NCBI GenBank assembly: GCA_030141605.1
Contig: JAQGDQ010000146.1
Location: forward strand, 255,933 to 319,932
Origin: Tubiluchus corallicola
Taxonomy: Eukaryota; Animalia; Priapulida
Direction of reading: 5' to 3'
Length of the DNA stretch: 64,000 nt
Position 1 is the stretch's first letter, and every line of letters begins with the position of its first letter. Shown piece by piece: positions 63,626-64,000 of this stretch. A program made the position numbers and the translations under genes. The notes under the pieces were generated by a model, which was not told the origin of the DNA, did not search any database, and worked only from the letters and a program-made list of their open reading frames with translations.

Positions 63626-64000
63626 GTAAGTTTTTCATGAATTTCAAGTTTAGAATTACGTCCCGAATAGCAGGCTGAACGCATCATATTATAGCAAACA
63701 TAAAGCTTAATTAACGAATGTACGATAATCAGTACGAAAACTTAATTAATGAAAGTAAATGGAAGCAAGAAAGTACAATATTTGCTATAATAACATAAGT
63801 ACACAAAATTTGTCAATGTCAAAAAGTTTTTTATGTAAATTTATATTAAAAATTTCTTATATGGTGGCGCAGGCTCCCATATTGTAAAAGCGACACATTG
63901 GTACAGTGCTCTTTTATCTAAACATCAGTAAATGTGTGCTTGCATAGCAAAATCGTCCACAAGTCAACAATTAAGCTTTTCTAGTTATTCACATATCCTG

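Overview
AT-rich eukaryotic DNA, most likely an invertebrate animal (taxon not determinable from this window), with GT-AG introns. Five protein-coding genes are supported. (1) RPL21 on the minus strand: 4 coding exons, 160 aa, probable non-coding TCT/TOP exon 1 at about 13317-13350. (2) An intronless prolyl 4-hydroxylase alpha subunit (8582-10342, +), apparently nested antisense in RPL21 intron 1. (3) RAD51 with an intronless CDS (15483-16499, +), apparently head-to-head with RPL21 on a short shared promoter. (4) A USP12/USP46 deubiquitinase (+, 8 clear coding exons plus candidate alternative 5' exons). (5) A GH3-domain (GHDC-like) gene (+) running off the right end. Introns and intergenic DNA are dense in non-autonomous DNA transposons (several TA-flanked pogo/Tc1-type MITE families, hAT-type with 8-bp TSD, Harbinger-type with TTA TSD), 5'-truncated LINEs, a solo LTR, SINE-like fragments and minisatellites. 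The most notable points are two retrogene-like genes arranged around the RPL21 promoter and first intron, an acidic candidate exon that would swap the USP12/46 N-terminus, a duplicated structured 225-bp unit in an RPL21 intron, and a core module shared between MITEs of different superfamilies. All splice models were read by eye and have no transcript support.
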